Assembly (NCBI GenBank): GCA_963675495.1
Contig: OY776215.1
Span: 1,056,001 to 1,120,000, forward strand
Source: an uncultured Methanolobus sp.
Lineage (GTDB): Archaea > Halobacteriota > Methanosarcinia > Methanosarcinales > Methanosarcinaceae
DNA: 64,000 nt
Direction of reading: 5' to 3'
Shown here: piece after piece, positions 53,466 through 64,000 of the stretch
How the letters are laid out: each line of letters starts with the position of its first letter
How positions within the stretch are numbered: position 1 is the first letter of the stretch
Made by a program: the position numbers and the translations under genes
The notes under the pieces: model-generated
What the model was told of the DNA's origin: nothing
The model's database searches: none
Seen by the model: only the letters and a program-made list of their open reading frames with translations

Positions 53466-54278
53466 ATGTCGATAGTTGTCGTTTCAGATGTACATCTTGG
53501 TATGAAAGAAGCAAATACAGATAAATTTGTAGAATTCCTGGATTTTTTAAAGACCAAAAATGTTGAGCATTTAGTTCTCCTGGGGGATATCATAGACATA
53601 TGGAGAAGGGACTTCACAAAGGCAGTCATTGAGTGTTCGGAAGCATTGACACTTTTAAATAGTATGAAAGATCGAACCAAAGTTCATTACATTGTTGGCA
53701 ATCATGACTATTATATGCTACGCCTTAGCGAACTTTTAGGTGAAAACTTTCCTTTTGAAATTAAAAAATCGACTGTAATTAAAAGTAAAAAACAGGACTT
53801 CTTCTTTTTTCATGGATATCAACTGGAAGTGCTGTGTAACCCATACTACAAATCGATGAAAACATACGAAACCTTCAGTGAACACATGTGCCTGGCTGGA
53901 GATGATACAGGAAATGCTGCCGATAAACTATGGAAAAGTATCCAATCGCACAGCTCTCTGTGGGACAGTTTGAAAAAATTCCCAGAAAACCCACGTGCTG
54001 CGCTTAAATCAATGATGCAGCCACCTGAAATAAGGATCAGAAACTCCCATAAACATAATGTTATTGAACCAATCGAAGAACTTGCAGGCGCAAAGACCAG
54101 ACATTTCCTGTTAAGCATACGTCCGCAACAGTATTTGATATACGGCCATACCCACCACCCATACGTTAAAAAGGAAAATAAAGTGGCAAATACAGGAAGC
54201 TGGGGTTTTGGCGAGGAAAAGAAATTGGATTATATTGAGATCATTGATGATGAAGTGAACTTAAAGGAATTTGTATAA
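53466..54278 (+). CDS. Calcineurin-like metallophosphoesterase (LpxH-like)
   Basis: SDVHLG, GDIID, GNHD, HG, GHTH, NTGSW. Confidence 0.9.
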   Translation: MSIVVVSDVHLGMKEANTDKFVEFLDFLKTKNVEHLVLLGDIIDIWRRDFTKAVIECSEALTLLNSMKDRTKVHYIVGNHDYYMLRLSELLGENFPFEIKKSTVIKSKKQDFFFFHGYQLEVLCNPYYKSMKTYETFSEHMCLAGDDTGNAADKLWKSIQSHSSLWDSLKKFPENPRAALKSMMQPPEIRIRNSHKHNVIEPIEELAGAKTRHFLLSIRPQQYLIYGHTHHPYVKKENKVANTGSWGFGEEKKLDYIEIIDDEVNLKEFV

Positions 54279-54526
54279 CAAGCCGAAAAATTCCTATAAT
54301 GACTAACCACTTTTCCTTATTTCCCGACTTAATAACCAGATTTCCCCATTATTCTGAATGGATCCTCTTCAGTAAACATGCCATCTTAAAGCAAGATTTC
54401 ACTTTTATAGTAAAAAAGTTAGATTTTGTCACCTAAAAAATGATTAAGTATAAGTACTATTGTACCCGTACATCCTTTGCATTCGTGATATACAAACATT
54501 TAACGTTTAGAGAGGATGTGTAGTGC

Positions 54527-55312
54527 ATAGAAAAACCGTTGATTAATGTAATGTTTGCCTCTGAGAAGAGAAAGAATATGCTCTTGTTATTACAGGATGG
54601 TCCAAAAGAAATGAAGATTATCCTAAAGTCATTAAAAACAACGAGGACAGCATTACTTCCACAGGCTAAAATTTTAAAAAATCACTACCTTATTACTCAA
54701 TCGGACGATATTTACGAATTGACGACCATGGGTAAAATTGTAGTTGATGAAACGCAACCTTTTCTGGATATTATTGATTCTCTTGATCAGAACGAGGAAT
54801 ATCTGGCATCCCATAACATAGATTGTATCCCCAATCATCTTTTGAAAAGAATAAGCGATATCAAAGATTGCGAAATAATAGAACCTAGTTTATTGAATAT
54901 ATATGAAGTTAACAAGATCTTTTCTAAAATGGCTAATGAATCAAACTCATTGTTCTTTGTGGTTACGTTTATGCACCCGGATTTCCCTGCAATCATGTCA
55001 GAATACGCAAAAAGAAAAATAAACGTCTCAATGATACTCAATAAGGAGTTGTTTGAAAAGCATAAAGACGAATTGCATGATGAATTTGAGCACTTTCTTA
55101 ACTGCGAGAGCATCAAATATTATGTCTGCCAAAAAGACATAGAACTTTTGTCACTATCAATAAGTGACCAACGCTTTGTTTTGAGATTATTGTCTATAAA
55201 TAATGAATTCAGTAACAAACAATTATACTCCCATAATCCTAAAGCACATCAATGGAGTAAGGATCTTTTCAATCATTACTTGAAAGATTCAACGGAAATA
55301 ACTGAAATATAA
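54527..55312 (+). CDS. DUF1724-type wHTH regulator, paralog 1; start ATA 54527 or TTG 54539
   Basis: FASEKRKNMLLLL, LLPQAKILK, WSKDLF; collinear with the next gene. Confidence 0.85.
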   Translation: MEKPLINVMFASEKRKNMLLLLQDGPKEMKIILKSLKTTRTALLPQAKILKNHYLITQSDDIYELTTMGKIVVDETQPFLDIIDSLDQNEEYLASHNIDCIPNHLLKRISDIKDCEIIEPSLLNIYEVNKIFSKMANESNSLFFVVTFMHPDFPAIMSEYAKRKINVSMILNKELFEKHKDELHDEFEHFLNCESIKYYVCQKDIELLSLSISDQRFVLRLLSINNEFSNKQLYSHNPKAHQWSKDLFNHYLKDSTEITEI

Positions 55313-55484
55313 AATCTTTTTTGATTTGTATTTGCTACTGCATTCTTATGATAATAGTTGACACCTAGTCCTATTTCCAGCCCTGTACACTTCGGTTATG
55401 CGTGTACTCACGAACATTCTTCTAACCAACATTGATTAGCCTGGTTTTCACACTTTCTTGTTTATAAAAAAATATTTTAGAGAA

Positions 55485-55515
<31 letters not shown>

Positions 55516-55664
55516 AGAAAGTAGCTGATATATACATATATACACGTGAAAACTTTCGATAGCTATATCTATCAATGGCGATTTGTTAGGAACGTCATAT
55601 GAATCTATGTTATTTTTGGTTGCATTAGACGGATAATTGTATTTACTGGCAGGATGTGCAGTGC

Positions 55665-56450
55665 ATGAAAAAAACGTTGATCGATGTAATGTTTGCATCT
55701 GAAAAAAGAAAAAATATGCTTTTATTGTTGCATGAAGGTCCCCAGGAAATGGAGACTATTCTTAAATCAATGAAAACAACAAGATCAGCATTGCTTCCAC
55801 AAGCCAAAATATTAAAAGAACACTCCCTTGTTACTCAATCCGGAGATGTTTATGAATTAACTACTATAGGAAAACTAGTAGTTGATGAAACGAAGCCTTT
55901 GCTGGAAACTATTGATACTTTTGAAAAGACTAAAGGCTACCTTGCATCCCACAAAACAAATTTCATTCCCCCTCAACTATTAAGAAGAATAAATGAAATT
56001 AAGGATTGTAAAATAATAGAACCCAGTTTGGTCAATACATACGAGATCAACAAGGATTTCATCGAAAAGGCTAATGAATCGAGTTCATTGTCGTTCATAT
56101 TTACTTTCGTACAACCACAATTCTACCAAATACTCTCAGAATTTGTAGAAAAAAATAAAGATGTTCATGTAATAATTACCGAAGAATTATTTGAAAAACT
56201 CAAAGAAGATTGGCATGAGGAATTCAAAGAGTTAATTGACGGTGGTAAGATCAAATTTCACATTTACCAGAAACATATAGAACTGTTATCCTTGTCAGTA
56301 AGCAAGCATTGCTTTGTTTTAAGGTTGCTTTCCAAAACGAATGAATTTAGTAACAAGCAATTATCCTGTTGCAACCCAAAAGCAGACAAATGGAGTAAAG
56401 ACCTTTTCGAGTATTACTTGAAGGATTCAACGGCAATAACTAAAATATAA
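55665..56450 (+). CDS. DUF1724-type wHTH regulator, paralog 2
   Basis: MKKTLIDVMFASEKRKNMLLLL...WSKDLFEYYLKDS. Confidence 0.88.
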   Translation: MKKTLIDVMFASEKRKNMLLLLHEGPQEMETILKSMKTTRSALLPQAKILKEHSLVTQSGDVYELTTIGKLVVDETKPLLETIDTFEKTKGYLASHKTNFIPPQLLRRINEIKDCKIIEPSLVNTYEINKDFIEKANESSSLSFIFTFVQPQFYQILSEFVEKNKDVHVIITEELFEKLKEDWHEEFKELIDGGKIKFHIYQKHIELLSLSVSKHCFVLRLLSKTNEFSNKQLSCCNPKADKWSKDLFEYYLKDSTAITKI

Positions 56451-56491
56451 AATGAATTTTTGTAATATTTCATTACTTTAAAAGAAGTTCG

Positions 56492-56579
56492 TGGTGCGGG
56501 AGATGCGATTCGAACGCATGAACTCCTACGAGACTAGGCTCTGAACCTAGCGCCTTTGGCCAGGCTGGGCAACTCCCGC
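56492..56579 (-). tRNA. tRNA-Leu(CAG) with encoded CCA
   Basis: GCGGGAG/CTCCCGC acceptor stem, CTAGG-TTCAGAG-CCTAG anticodon arm, long variable arm, TTCGAAT T-loop. Confidence 0.97.
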
Positions 56580-56659
56580 ATTGTGAATGTTGGTTAGTAG
56601 TGCTTTTTCTAATTAAACTTTGTGTTCGGAAAATAGGATTTAAGGAAACTGGTGACTGC

Positions 56660-57565
56660 TTACACCATCAGTTTCATTAAAAGTGCTTTCTGGGCATGCA
56701 GGCGGTTCTCAGCCTGATCGAAAACGACAGAGTGAGGTCCATCCATGACCTCTGCACTTATCTCCTCACCACGGTGCGCAGGAAGACAATGCATCACTAT
56801 AACATCTGTTTTCGCCTGCTCTACCAATTCAGTGTTTATCTGGTACGGAGCAAGGTCTGCAAGACGTTTTTCACGTTCATCTTCATCACCCATGGACACC
56901 CAGACATCTGCATAGAGAATATCAGCATCTTTTGCAGCCTCGTTTGGGTCGTTGGTAATAGTAATGTTCCCACCAAGCTCTCTTGCAAGTTCCACAATGT
57001 CCTCATCAGGTTCATATCCGGGAGGACATGCGACAACAGCCTCCATTTCCATGAGAGCACAGCCGATAATAGCGGAATTACACACATTGTTCCCATCGCC
57101 AACCCATGCATATTTAAGGTCAGAGAGTTTGTTCTTGTACTCGCGGATAGTGAGCAGGTCGGCAAGTATCTGGCATGGATGCTCCTTATCCGAAAGTGCA
57201 TTAATAACCGGAATTGAGGAGTGTTCTGCCAGCTGTTTAACCGTCTCATGACTGTAAACTCTTGCAATGATACCGTAGAGATATCTTGAGAGCACCTCAG
57301 AGGTGTCCGCAACCGTTTCACCACGACCAAGCTGCATATCCCTGGCATTCAGATATAGTGCATGTCCGCCAAGGTCACACATAGCGACCTCGAATGAAAC
57401 ACGGGTACGTGTAGATGATTTCTCAAATATCATACCAAGGCTCTTGTTCTTCATAAGATCAGTGACCTTGCCGCGTAAGCGTTTTTCCTTAAGGTCTTCT
57501 GCCATATCGAGTAGCTCAATTATCTCATCATGAGTCAGATCAGCCATGGAAATAAGATGTTTCAT
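56660..57565 (-). CDS. argF: Ornithine carbamoyltransferase
   Basis: [24 protein letters not shown]. Confidence 0.97.
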   Translation of the reverse strand: MKHLISMADLTHDEIIELLDMAEDLKEKRLRGKVTDLMKNKSLGMIFEKSSTRTRVSFEVAMCDLGGHALYLNARDMQLGRGETVADTSEVLSRYLYGIIARVYSHETVKQLAEHSSIPVINALSDKEHPCQILADLLTIREYKNKLSDLKYAWVGDGNNVCNSAIIGCALMEMEAVVACPPGYEPDEDIVELARELGGNITITNDPNEAAKDADILYADVWVSMGDEDEREKRLADLAPYQINTELVEQAKTDVIVMHCLPAHRGEEISAEVMDGPHSVVFDQAENRLHAQKALLMKLMV

Positions 57566-57598
57566 ACTATCAACCCTCACTAAATAACTAATAATAAA

Positions 57599-58903
57599 TT
57601 ACTTCCCACGTATTTGGTTCATGTGGTCAATACGCCTCTGGATAAGAGCAGCTTTACCGATGTCACTTCTGTAATGAAGATCACCGGAAAGATTCTCCAG
57701 GGCATTCTGGGCTATCTTTTCAGCATTTTCAATTGAGTCTGCAACACCTACAACAGCAACAGACCTTGATCCGGTAGTGTAGACTTTTCCAGCCTTCTCG
57801 TAAACACTGGAATAGAAAATAATGGCACCGCCAATGTCCCCGACAACTACTTCCCTATCCTTTGTCGGCTTGTCAGGGTAGCCTGCAGGAACAGCATACT
57901 TACAAACTGTTGCCTTCTTACTAAACTTAACATCCACCTTGTCAAGTGTACCGCTTGCCATTGCAGCAAGCACATCCACATAATCGGTTTCAAGCAAAGG
58001 CAACACATTCATTGCCTCAGGATCTCCGAAACGTGCATTGAACTCAATTACCCTGGGACCATCCTTTGTGATCATGAACTGGCCGTACAGTGTACCCTTG
58101 TACTTCTGCCCGGTTTCCTTGTAGAGCGCCTTTACAGTATCCACCATTATCTGCTTTGAACTTTCAACATCTTCAGCAGTAAGGAAAGGAAGGATCTCAC
58201 CTGGTGCATTGTAAGAGCCCATACCACCTGTATTAGGTCCAAGGTCATTCTCAAATGCCCTCTTATGATCCTGTACTGTTGGCATGAAAGCAAGGTTCTT
58301 TCCATCTACAAAAGCCTGCAGGGTGAATTCCTCGCCAACGAGGTTCTCCTCAACAACGACGCTTCCCTGGTCAAGCAAACTTGCAGCGTATGCTTTTGCT
58401 GCTTCAACGTCAGGTAACTGATCCCCCATTACCTTGACACCTTTGCCACCGGTAAGACCTGATGGTTTGATAGCAACATTTCCGAGTTTGTCGATAAAAG
58501 CATCCATAGCATCCTTGTCAGTGAATACATCAAATACAGGGCAGCCATCAATACTGTTATTCCTCATAAAATTGCGTGCCCACGCTTTGTCAAACTCAAG
58601 CTGTGCAACTTTCTGCTTTGGACTGGCAACACTGATACCCGCATCCTCAAGAGCATCTGCAAGACCAACTGCAAGTGGTGCTTCCGGACCAACTACAACG
58701 AGCTCAATATTCTTTGATAGTGCAAATTCGACGACTTTCTCAACATCTGTTTCTTTCTCAAGGAGGAAATCCTCACATAGTGAAGCAATGCCCGGGTTCT
58801 TCTTTGACATCACCACATAGATGGACGGATCTTTCCTGCTTCGTGCTATTGCTGCTACGATAGCGTGCTCCCTTCCGCCGCCACCAACTACTAGTACATT
58901 CAT
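57599..58903 (-). CDS. purD: Phosphoribosylamine-glycine ligase
   Basis: [37 protein letters not shown]. Confidence 0.97.
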   Translation of the reverse strand: MNVLVVGGGGREHAIVAAIARSRKDPSIYVVMSKKNPGIASLCEDFLLEKETDVEKVVEFALSKNIELVVVGPEAPLAVGLADALEDAGISVASPKQKVAQLEFDKAWARNFMRNNSIDGCPVFDVFTDKDAMDAFIDKLGNVAIKPSGLTGGKGVKVMGDQLPDVEAAKAYAASLLDQGSVVVEENLVGEEFTLQAFVDGKNLAFMPTVQDHKRAFENDLGPNTGGMGSYNAPGEILPFLTAEDVESSKQIMVDTVKALYKETGQKYKGTLYGQFMITKDGPRVIEFNARFGDPEAMNVLPLLETDYVDVLAAMASGTLDKVDVKFSKKATVCKYAVPAGYPDKPTKDREVVVGDIGGAIIFYSSVYEKAGKVYTTGSRSVAVVGVADSIENAEKIAQNALENLSGDLHYRSDIGKAALIQRRIDHMNQIRGK

Positions 58904-59062
58904 ATATCAAACCTCATCATCAGAAAATTATTATTAATGATATGCAGATAAGCTGGAACTTAACTCAATATCTGTTATTATTTCCTATTTTGTTAGGAAT
59001 CAGAATATCAAAGAGTTCTAATTCCTGAAATAAATAACTTGTCTTTATTTTAAAGTATAAAA

Positions 59063-59596
59063 TCAAAGAAGGTCATTTGCCCTAACAAGAGGAACAAGCT
59101 TCACACCTATGTCACTCAGGTTCTTCTCTGCCCCTGAATCTCGATCAACAACAGTTATGACCCTTTCCACGATGCCACCTGCTTCACGGATCGCCACAAT
59201 AGCATCCTTTACAGAGCCACCACTTGTAGTTACATCCTCAAGAAGCAAAATCTTCGAACCTTGTTTGAACTCACCGACGAAGCGTCCACCTGTGCCATAA
59301 TCTTTTGCAGATTTACGAATTAGTATAAGCGGGAGCTCTGCTTCAAGAGAAACGGCCGTAGCAAGAGGAACACCACCAAGCACGACACCACCAACAGCAT
59401 CGAGCTCCAGTCCTTTTATAACATGTGCTGCATCCTTTGCTATCACTTTAAGCGTAGCAGGGTCCGTACTTGCCTTCTTTATGTCAATATAATATGTACT
59501 CTTCTTCCCTGAAGCGAGTGTGAAATCACCAAACTTAACTGCGCCACATGCTTTCAGAGCATCTATCAATGCATGTTTACCATTCCCATCAGACAT
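59063..59596 (-). CDS. pyrE: Orotate phosphoribosyltransferase
   Basis: FGDFTLASGKKSTYYID, RK..KDYG, EDVTTSGGS. Confidence 0.96.
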   Translation of the reverse strand: MSDGNGKHALIDALKACGAVKFGDFTLASGKKSTYYIDIKKASTDPATLKVIAKDAAHVIKGLELDAVGGVVLGGVPLATAVSLEAELPLILIRKSAKDYGTGGRFVGEFKQGSKILLLEDVTTSGGSVKDAIVAIREAGGIVERVITVVDRDSGAEKNLSDIGVKLVPLVRANDLL

Positions 59597-59628
59597 TCGA
59601 TCACCTAATAATTTTATTTTTAAAACGC

Positions 59629-60204
59629 TCACCAGGGCTCATTCTTGACCCCGATGAAATATCCTATGATATTCGTACTCAGGTGCAGAACAGGAGTCAG
59701 CACCAGCAGCACAATGATTACTGGAATTGTGAAATTGGATATGAACCAGCCAGGAGACACGACATATGTAAGCATCCATGCTCCAAAGACAAAATCAAGT
59801 TGGTCGATACCCGGCAGTGGAGCACCTCTCTTAAGCCCAAGCCTTCTTTTGAAGAAACTCATGAACATATCCCCAAATAGTGAACCAAATGCCAGTGTAA
59901 ATATGACTATTACCGCACTAGCGCTTAAACCATTTCCTGCAAACGATGGTAGCTCAACTGAGAACAGTGTTGTACTCTTAGAAAGATAATACATCTGGAG
60001 CAGACCCACCACCATTCCGAAGAATATACCTGTAAGAAGGCCACGATATGTTTTTCCATCTCCAAGTATACGCCGCCCATCAGCCATTTTTTTGCCCCCG
60101 TCAATTGGCTTTCCGCCACCAAGGACAGCTGCCATGGGATTTGGAATATAAGCAGGAAGCATCAGCCACACAGCAGTTATTAGCACCTCTATCGTAATTA
60201 TCAA
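59629..60204 (-). CDS. carS: CDP-archaeol synthase (DUF46)
   Basis: PAYIPN, PIDGG, LGDGKT, GDMFMSFFKRRLG, DQLDF, KNEPW. Confidence 0.92.
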   Translation of the reverse strand: MIITIEVLITAVWLMLPAYIPNPMAAVLGGGKPIDGGKKMADGRRILGDGKTYRGLLTGIFFGMVVGLLQMYYLSKSTTLFSVELPSFAGNGLSASAVIVIFTLAFGSLFGDMFMSFFKRRLGLKRGAPLPGIDQLDFVFGAWMLTYVVSPGWFISNFTIPVIIVLLVLTPVLHLSTNIIGYFIGVKNEPW

Positions 60205-60318
60205 CTCTCATTTGTTGTTCTGTTCTGATATGCAACATCGTTATTTAATATATCGAAGCACAACAGATAAAATAGCTCTAATTATAAATATGTTGTACAC
60301 ATAGGATTTGCCAGCAAG

Positions 60319-61347
60319 ATGAAAAACAAAATACCCTACCCGACAACAAGTAACACTATGCTTGCAGCTGTTGTCACTTTTCTTTTACTGGCAACAATCA
60401 TAACAATGGGGATGTTAACACCCCTTATAGCAAAACTCACAACCGGAGTCGAGCTTGGTCTTGAACCCGCATACTTCAACAATAGAACTGCAATACCAGT
60501 TGCTATCCTGGTTCTGGTCCTGAGCACAGGCATGCTCGTAGGTTATGCTGATCGCAAGTACATCATCCCAATTGTAGGATTTTCTGCTGCCCTTTCGATG
60601 CTTTTTGCAGTGATATCACCTTTTGGGAATACACCCCTGGATATTGCTCTGCCCATCCTTATCGTTGCACTGTTAGCAACCTTCTATAGGATTATCAGGA
60701 TATTCAGCTTCAATAAAAAAACCCCTTCAGCAGCAAAGATAAGGAAACTCAGTGCACACGCGATCCATGTAGGCATCATACTGATCCTGCTTGGAATTGT
60801 CCTCAGCTCAAACATGAAAATAGAGGGGTCCGCTGTTCTTGGCACAGGCCAGACCGGCTCATTTGAAGGACAACATTACCAGCTAAAGATCAACAACATG
60901 GATTCATACTACACCGGTGAGGCCTTTCGTACCTATCCGGCCTCATCCTATACTACAAAAGTCGGTTTTGACATTTACAAAAATGGAGAGTATTTCAAAA
61001 GCGGAGAGGTCAACTACATCACAGATTTCAAGTGGGGGCAGACCTATACGACTACCTACATAAACCGCGGCCCCACAGAAGAACTGTTCATAGCTCCAAG
61101 GGCTATTGATGAGTCGGGCGGGGAGATCGACCTCTACATGCGAACCGTACCATTCATCAACTGCCTCTGGGGAGGTATCTACCTGATGGTAATAGGTATG
61201 ATTGCACTGCTGGTAACAGACCGAAAGAATGCTCTCAACTCAGGCAGCTCTGGAATGAGCAATAAAACAAATGAAAAAAGATATGACCGTATGCTCGAAG
61301 AGGAAGTAGAGAAACGAAAAGCCAGGAGAGCAAAGGGAAAGAGGTGA
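60319..61347 (+). CDS. ccmF: Cytochrome c biogenesis CcmF, C-terminal part
   Basis: YFNN, AHAIHVG, PFINCLWGG; multi-TM. Confidence 0.8.
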   Translation: MKNKIPYPTTSNTMLAAVVTFLLLATIITMGMLTPLIAKLTTGVELGLEPAYFNNRTAIPVAILVLVLSTGMLVGYADRKYIIPIVGFSAALSMLFAVISPFGNTPLDIALPILIVALLATFYRIIRIFSFNKKTPSAAKIRKLSAHAIHVGIILILLGIVLSSNMKIEGSAVLGTGQTGSFEGQHYQLKINNMDSYYTGEAFRTYPASSYTTKVGFDIYKNGEYFKSGEVNYITDFKWGQTYTTTYINRGPTEELFIAPRAIDESGGEIDLYMRTVPFINCLWGGIYLMVIGMIALLVTDRKNALNSGSSGMSNKTNEKRYDRMLEEEVEKRKARRAKGKR

Positions 61348-61351
61348 TGAT

Positions 61352-62446
61352 TTGAACTTAGGCATGATCCTCATATGGCTGGCCTTCATCTGTGGATGGG
61401 GAGCCACATTCTATTCAATTAGTTATTACACAGCATCGCAGCACAAGACAAAGATGCACTGGAATAAGCTGGAAATGTTGTGTACAGCATGTATTACGCT
61501 CTCGGCACTTATACTGATAATACAACTGCTTATTGTCAATGCTTCCTATGAGTATGTATTCAATCATTCCAGCACCGATCTTTCGTGGTTCTATCGGATA
61601 TCAGCCTTCTGGGCTGGGCAGGAAGGTTCTCTTCTACTCTGGACATGGGCAACACTCGTGATGCTTCTGCTGCTCCGTTACACAGGACACACAAAGGAGC
61701 TTGTTGAAACAAAGATGATGGACCTCACAAGAATGATATCCATGATAGTTGTATCCGTGTTCTTGCTATTACTTGTAATTGATAACCCATTCTCTGCGTA
61801 TCAGATACTCCCTTCCGGTACTGTTGAAGCGACTAACTGGAACCCGTTCGCTGTACTCTATGATGTTCCCTACGGACAGGGAATGAACCCGCTTTTGCGT
61901 AATCCCTGGATGGCTGTGCACCCGCCAGTACTCTTCCTTGGGTATGCGGCTTTCACCATACCATTCGCAGCCGCCATTTCCAACCTCATCACAAAAGACA
62001 GTCGCTGGACACTGGTAGCAAGGGACTGGATGAGAATTGCCTGGCTTTTCCTCACATTTGGAATAGGACTTGGAGGGTTCTGGGCATACGAAGTACTCGG
62101 ATGGGGAGCATGGTACTGGACATGGGACCCTGTGGAAACATCTTCACTCATACCCTGGATAACTGCCACAGCATACCTGCATGCACAGACACGCACAAAA
62201 CATGGAGAATACGGATTCCTGGCACCGCTGCTTGCAGTAGTCTCATTCCTGCTGGTGATATTCGCAACCTTTGTAACAAGGAGTGGAATATGGGCATCAG
62301 TACACTCATGGCAGGATTTCACAACAGAAAGTCTTGTAATTGCCATATTCCTTGTGATACTCACAGGAAGCAGTGTATTCCTGCTAGCGAAAAGATATCT
62401 GGAAGAAGAAAGTGATCAGAAAGAGACAGGATTAGAACCTACATGA
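61352..62446 (+). CDS. ccmF: Cytochrome c biogenesis CcmF, N-terminal WWD-containing part
   Basis: WAGQEGSLLLW, GMNPLL..WMAVHPP, WAYEVLGWGAWYWTWDPVE, TRSG..SVH. Confidence 0.93.
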   Translation: MNLGMILIWLAFICGWGATFYSISYYTASQHKTKMHWNKLEMLCTACITLSALILIIQLLIVNASYEYVFNHSSTDLSWFYRISAFWAGQEGSLLLWTWATLVMLLLLRYTGHTKELVETKMMDLTRMISMIVVSVFLLLLVIDNPFSAYQILPSGTVEATNWNPFAVLYDVPYGQGMNPLLRNPWMAVHPPVLFLGYAAFTIPFAAAISNLITKDSRWTLVARDWMRIAWLFLTFGIGLGGFWAYEVLGWGAWYWTWDPVETSSLIPWITATAYLHAQTRTKHGEYGFLAPLLAVVSFLLVIFATFVTRSGIWASVHSWQDFTTESLVIAIFLVILTGSSVFLLAKRYLEEESDQKETGLEPT

Positions 62447-62560
62447 TCCCCGATATTTTCATTAAATAATAGATTATCTCATGAATTCAGGGATAATCAT
62501 CTGCCGGTTGCAAGGAAACATTAAAACAGCAGTATGAGGGTCGAGCCTTCAATTTAAGGG

Positions 62561-62812
62561 TCAGTCATCAATGAATGATTCTGTCTTCAGTTTCCCATTC
62601 TCTTCAATTAGGATCTCGATCTTTCTTTCAGCTTTTGAAAGCTTTTGATTGCACACACGGGCAAGTTTCATACCACGTTCAAATATCCCAAGACTCTCAT
62701 CAAGGGTCAACTGACCCTTTTCAAGTTTCTCTACAAGGGACTCCAGTTCTTCCAGAGAGCTTTCAAAACTCATTTCATCCTGGTCTTCAGGCTCATTCTT
62801 CTTTTCCTTCAT
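62561..62812 (-). CDS. xseB: Exodeoxyribonuclease VII small subunit
   Basis: SFESSLEELESLVEKLE, LDESL..FERG. Confidence 0.93.
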   Translation of the reverse strand: MKEKKNEPEDQDEMSFESSLEELESLVEKLEKGQLTLDESLGIFERGMKLARVCNQKLSKAERKIEILIEENGKLKTESFIDD

Positions 62813-62816
62813 AAAC

Positions 62817-64000
62817 TCAACTCCTCTTCTCACCAATGCTTCGCTCTTCTGACTTGATACCTGTCACCCTGCACTTCAGGGTACCATCGATTAACCTGAT
62901 ATCCAGACATTCTTCAGGACTTACATCACCAGTACTTCTTACAACACTGTGGTCACTACTTCGAAGAGCGATGCTGTAACCACGTTCCAGCGTATTCAGA
63001 GGACTCACTGCGTTAAGCCGACCGGCAACTCCGGAAAGAGATGATGTCTTTGATTCTATTATTTTCCTAAGACCGAACTCCATACGAGAGCTGAGTTCAT
63101 CAACCCTTTGCATATCACGTCGCAGTATTTCAGCAAACCTTTCATGATCTATCCTGGAGGAAAGGTAATCCACCTGCTTTCTATTGCCGGATATGAAATG
63201 TATTGCAGCCTGTTGCATACGTGATATCAGGGAAAGCACATGTGTTTTAAGGTCTGACTTTTCAGGAACTGCAATCTCTGCTGCAGCCGAGGGGGTTGGT
63301 GCCCTTACGTCAGCAACAAAGTCAGCAATGGTATAGTCGGTTTCATGACCCACTGCTGAGATTATCGGAACTTCTGAGTCAAATATAGCCCGTGCAACTA
63401 TTTCCTCATTAAAGGACCACAGGTCTTCCAGCGAACCACCACCCCTGCCAGCAATGATAACATCAACATCGGTCCTGTTGAGATGCTCAATGGACCTGAC
63501 AATGCTTTCAGCTGAGCTCTCTCCCTGTACTATTGCAGGACTTAGCAATATATCTACAGGAAACCTGCGTTTAAGCACATGGATAATATCGTGGATTGCA
63601 GCGCCCGTAGGCGATGTAATAACACCCACTTTCGAAGGGAAGCGAGGAATCTTTTTCTTGTGAACCACTTCGAACAGACCCTCTTCCTGTAGTCGGTTAC
63701 GAAGTTGTTCGTACGCCTTGTATAGCTCACCGATCCCATCAGGGCGCATATCCAGTACCCTCAACTGATACTGACCACGTACAGTATATACATCCACTGT
63801 TCCAAAAACCAGAACTTTCATGGATGACTCCGGTTCGAACTTGAGGGTACGATTGGTCATCCTGAAGCTCACACAACTTATCTGAGCACCCTTATCCTTC
63901 AGAGTAAAATAATAGTGACCGGAACTATGTTTCGTCAGGTTAGATATCTCACCCCGCACCCATACCTGCCCTAGCTGCGGATCCTGCGCAAGAACCTGTT
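62817..64000 (-). CDS. xseA: Exodeoxyribonuclease VII large subunit (5' end beyond the window)
   Basis: GEISN..SGHYYFTLKD, TSPTGAA, RGGGSLEDL, SAVGHETD, APTPSAAAE. Confidence 0.96.
   Translation of the reverse strand, partial: QVLAQDPQLGQVWVRGEISNLTKHSSGHYYFTLKDKGAQISCVSFRMTNRTLKFEPESSMKVLVFGTVDVYTVRGQYQLRVLDMRPDGIGELYKAYEQLRNRLQEEGLFEVVHKKKIPRFPSKVGVITSPTGAAIHDIIHVLKRRFPVDILLSPAIVQGESSAESIVRSIEHLNRTDVDVIIAGRGGGSLEDLWSFNEEIVARAIFDSEVPIISAVGHETDYTIADFVADVRAPTPSAAAEIAVPEKSDLKTHVLSLISRMQQAAIHFISGNRKQVDYLSSRIDHERFAEILRRDMQRVDELSSRMEFGLRKIIESKTSSLSGVAGRLNAVSPLNTLERGYSIALRSSDHSVVRSTGDVSPEECLDIRLIDGTLKCRVTGIKSEERSIGEKRS

Overview
Archaeal chromosomal DNA, inferred to be from a Methanosarcinaceae methanogen (Methanolobus-like). 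The basis is split ccmF, carS, FmdE, PGF- and PEF-CTERM proteins, and three DUF1724-type wHTH regulators. Housekeeping genes include uvrA, purB, purD, argF, pyrE, thrC, pyk, amt-glnK, xseAB and tRNA-Leu(CAG). They are interspersed with accessory DNA: a decayed Rhs polymorphic-toxin locus with an apparent toxin/immunity fusion and an embedded three-gene toxin-antitoxin cassette, an HxlR-linked siroheme/Fe-S operon, and several pseudogenes. The most unusual signals are (i) a ~370-nt hairpin- and repeat-rich non-coding element at ~51.06-51.43 kb with a putative promoter and terminator, (ii) three genes whose reading frames point to non-canonical starts (ATC, ACG, ATA), and (iii) small ORFs missed by the ORF track. 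All family assignments come from motif recognition by eye; no database searches were run.
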